64,000 nt of DNA, from the NCBI GenBank assembly GCA_011082265.1, contig CP049781.1, positions 476,333 to 540,332 on the forward strand, in the 5' to 3' direction. Shown piece after piece: positions 62,735-64,000 of this stretch. Position 1 is the stretch's first letter, and each line of letters begins with the position of its first letter. Below the pieces are notes generated by a model. The model searched no databases, was not told the DNA's origin, and saw only the letters and a program-made list of their open reading frames with translations. Position numbers and translations under genes: made by a program. The DNA is from Candidatus Lachnocurva vaginae (GTDB lineage Bacteria; Bacillota; Clostridia; Lachnospirales; Lachnospiraceae).

Positions 62735-62947
62735 ATGACCTGTTCAGAAGAAATAAAGAAAATTCGTCAAAAATGCTTTCTGTCACAGGAGGCTCTTGGA
62801 AGAGAACTTGGTGTATCTTTTTCCTCTGTCAATCGTCGGAAAAGCGGAAAGGTCAAGCCTAATATGTCAGCTATGAAAAAAATTAAAGAATTCTGCGAGA
62901 CGCAGGGTATTGATTTCAGTGTGTTGGGAGCAGAATGGACTAAATAA
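62735..62947 (+). CDS. small XRE-type HTH protein upstream of hsdM
   Basis: 70 aa, IRQKCFLSQEALGRELGVSFSSVNRRKSG. Confidence 0.5.
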   Translation: MTCSEEIKKIRQKCFLSQEALGRELGVSFSSVNRRKSGKVKPNMSAMKKIKEFCETQGIDFSVLGAEWTK

Positions 62948-62955
62948 CTGAAAGG

Positions 62956-63687
62956 ATGAATAATATAATGGTCCTAGATACTAAAAAAGAACAGGAACGT
63001 GAAGAGCTTCACCGTGCTATATGGGCGATTGCTGATGAACTTAGAGGAGCTGTCGACGGATGGGATTTTAAAAATTATGTCCTCGGTACGATGTTTTATC
63101 GTTATATTTCAGAGAATATTGCAAATTATATAAATGAAGGCGAAATTGCAGCGGGAAACACGGATTTCGATTATGCAAAAATGTCTGATGATGATGCAAA
63201 AGAAGCAAGAAGCGGACTTGTTTCGGAAAAAGGATTTTTTATCCTACCGTCTGAACTTTTTTGTAATGTAAGAAAAAGAGCAAAAGATGATGAAAATCTT
63301 AATGAAACATTGGAACAGGTATTTAGACATATAGAAGAATCGGCTAAGGGAAGTGAGTCAGAAGATGACTTTGCAGGACTTTTTGATGATTATGATGTTA
63401 ATAGCAATAAGCTCGGTGCAACTGTAGCTAAAAGGAATGAAACATTGTGTAAGCTTCTTAATGGTGTGGCTGATATGAATCTTGGTGATGTTAAGAACCA
63501 CGATATTGATGCATTCGGAGATGCTTATGAATATCTTATGGCGATGTATGCATCAAATGCAGGTAAATCGGGTGGTGAGTTCTTTACTCCTGCTGATGTA
63601 TCAGAACTTCTTACAAGGCTTGGAACTGTAGGAAAATCGGAGGTTAATAAGGTATATGAGAAGTCATTGATTTATCTAATACAATGA
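62956..63687 (+). pseudogene. hsdM: Type I R-M methyltransferase HsdM, N-terminal domain only; truncated after the VNKVY codons, just before the expected DPxCGSG motif I
   Basis: HsdM_N region (LHRAIWAIADELRGAVDGWDFKNYVLGTMFYRYISE) and the [10 protein letters not shown] motif. It ends ..EVNKVY-EKSLIYLIQ-stop where HsdM proteins continue ..VNKVYDPACGSG. Confidence 0.7.
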
Positions 63688-63758
63688 AACTTTGAGGTTA
63701 ATTGGTTAAAAAATTTATTTCAGATAAACAAAAATGTAATTTTGGCTAGCTAGTGCTA
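63658..63758. repeat. 101-bp direct repeat, copy 1, beginning exactly at the hsdM truncation point; it contains a 14-bp segment (63681-63694) that is inverted at 63860-63873
   Basis: Identical to 63900-64000. Confidence 0.9.
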
Positions 63759-63899
63759 AAATTTTTTATTTTAGGTGGGGTGTGTAATTGTAAGGGTGTC
63801 TTGTCGAATTTTGAAAAGCTAGTATTTTACAGGGCTTTTAAGTTATTCATAGACTGATACAAAGTTTCATTGTGCTAAATACTGTAAGTATATAGTGTA

Positions 63900-64000
63900 G
63901 AGAAGTCATTGATTTATCTAATACAATGAAACTTTGAGGTTAATTGGTTAAAAAATTTATTTCAGATAAACAAAAATGTAATTTTGGCTAGCTAGTGCTA
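63900..64000. repeat. 101-bp direct repeat, copy 2; it runs into the window edge
   Basis: Identical to 63658-63758. Both copies are preceded by aagGTATAT / aagTATATag. Confidence 0.9.

Overview
This is a low-GC (about 30% GC) Firmicutes-type chromosome, and the window splits into two parts. Positions 1-37.6 kb are a largely syntenic housekeeping backbone. It carries the alaS 3' end, an oxidoreductase, rpsU, prfC, eno, recA-recX-rny, aroE, tdk, two pseudouridine synthases, a potABCD-like polyamine ABC operon, a MurE-like ligase, two GH13 enzymes (an amylase-family enzyme and a pullulanase) and an ECF transporter/DUF62 operon. One clear insertion interrupts it: a Type II R-M cassette at 4.2-7.0 kb made of an HTH-fused C5-methyltransferase, an unassigned putative endonuclease and a small ORF that sits behind a LexA-type box. 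Positions 37.7-64.0 kb are a decayed accessory island. It begins with a 58-codon relic of a Type I hsdM gene and ends at a second hsdM copy truncated at exactly the same codon. Inside are a Type III toxIN/AbiQ-like TA locus (two antitoxin-RNA repeats plus terminator, with toxN carrying an in-frame TGA), a Phd-Doc pair, ORF6N/RhuM proteins, a TetR-controlled cluster of two ABC exporters plus an ECF-like module, a GC-rich patch holding an IS256-family transposase relic, a D-Ala-D-Ala carboxypeptidase, a frameshifted MerR/TipA-like regulator, a GIY-YIG protein, a MacB/FtsX-type ABC transporter with a two-component system, and an AAA_14/DUF4143 ATPase. Several intergenic regions carry tandem or inverted repeat arrays (16-bp x8, 20-bp x6, 32-bp x2, a 160-bp palindrome, twin hairpins). 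No rRNA, tRNA or CRISPR was found. Coordinates of hand-located elements were re-derived from the sequence rows; ORF-track coordinates are used for CDS ends.
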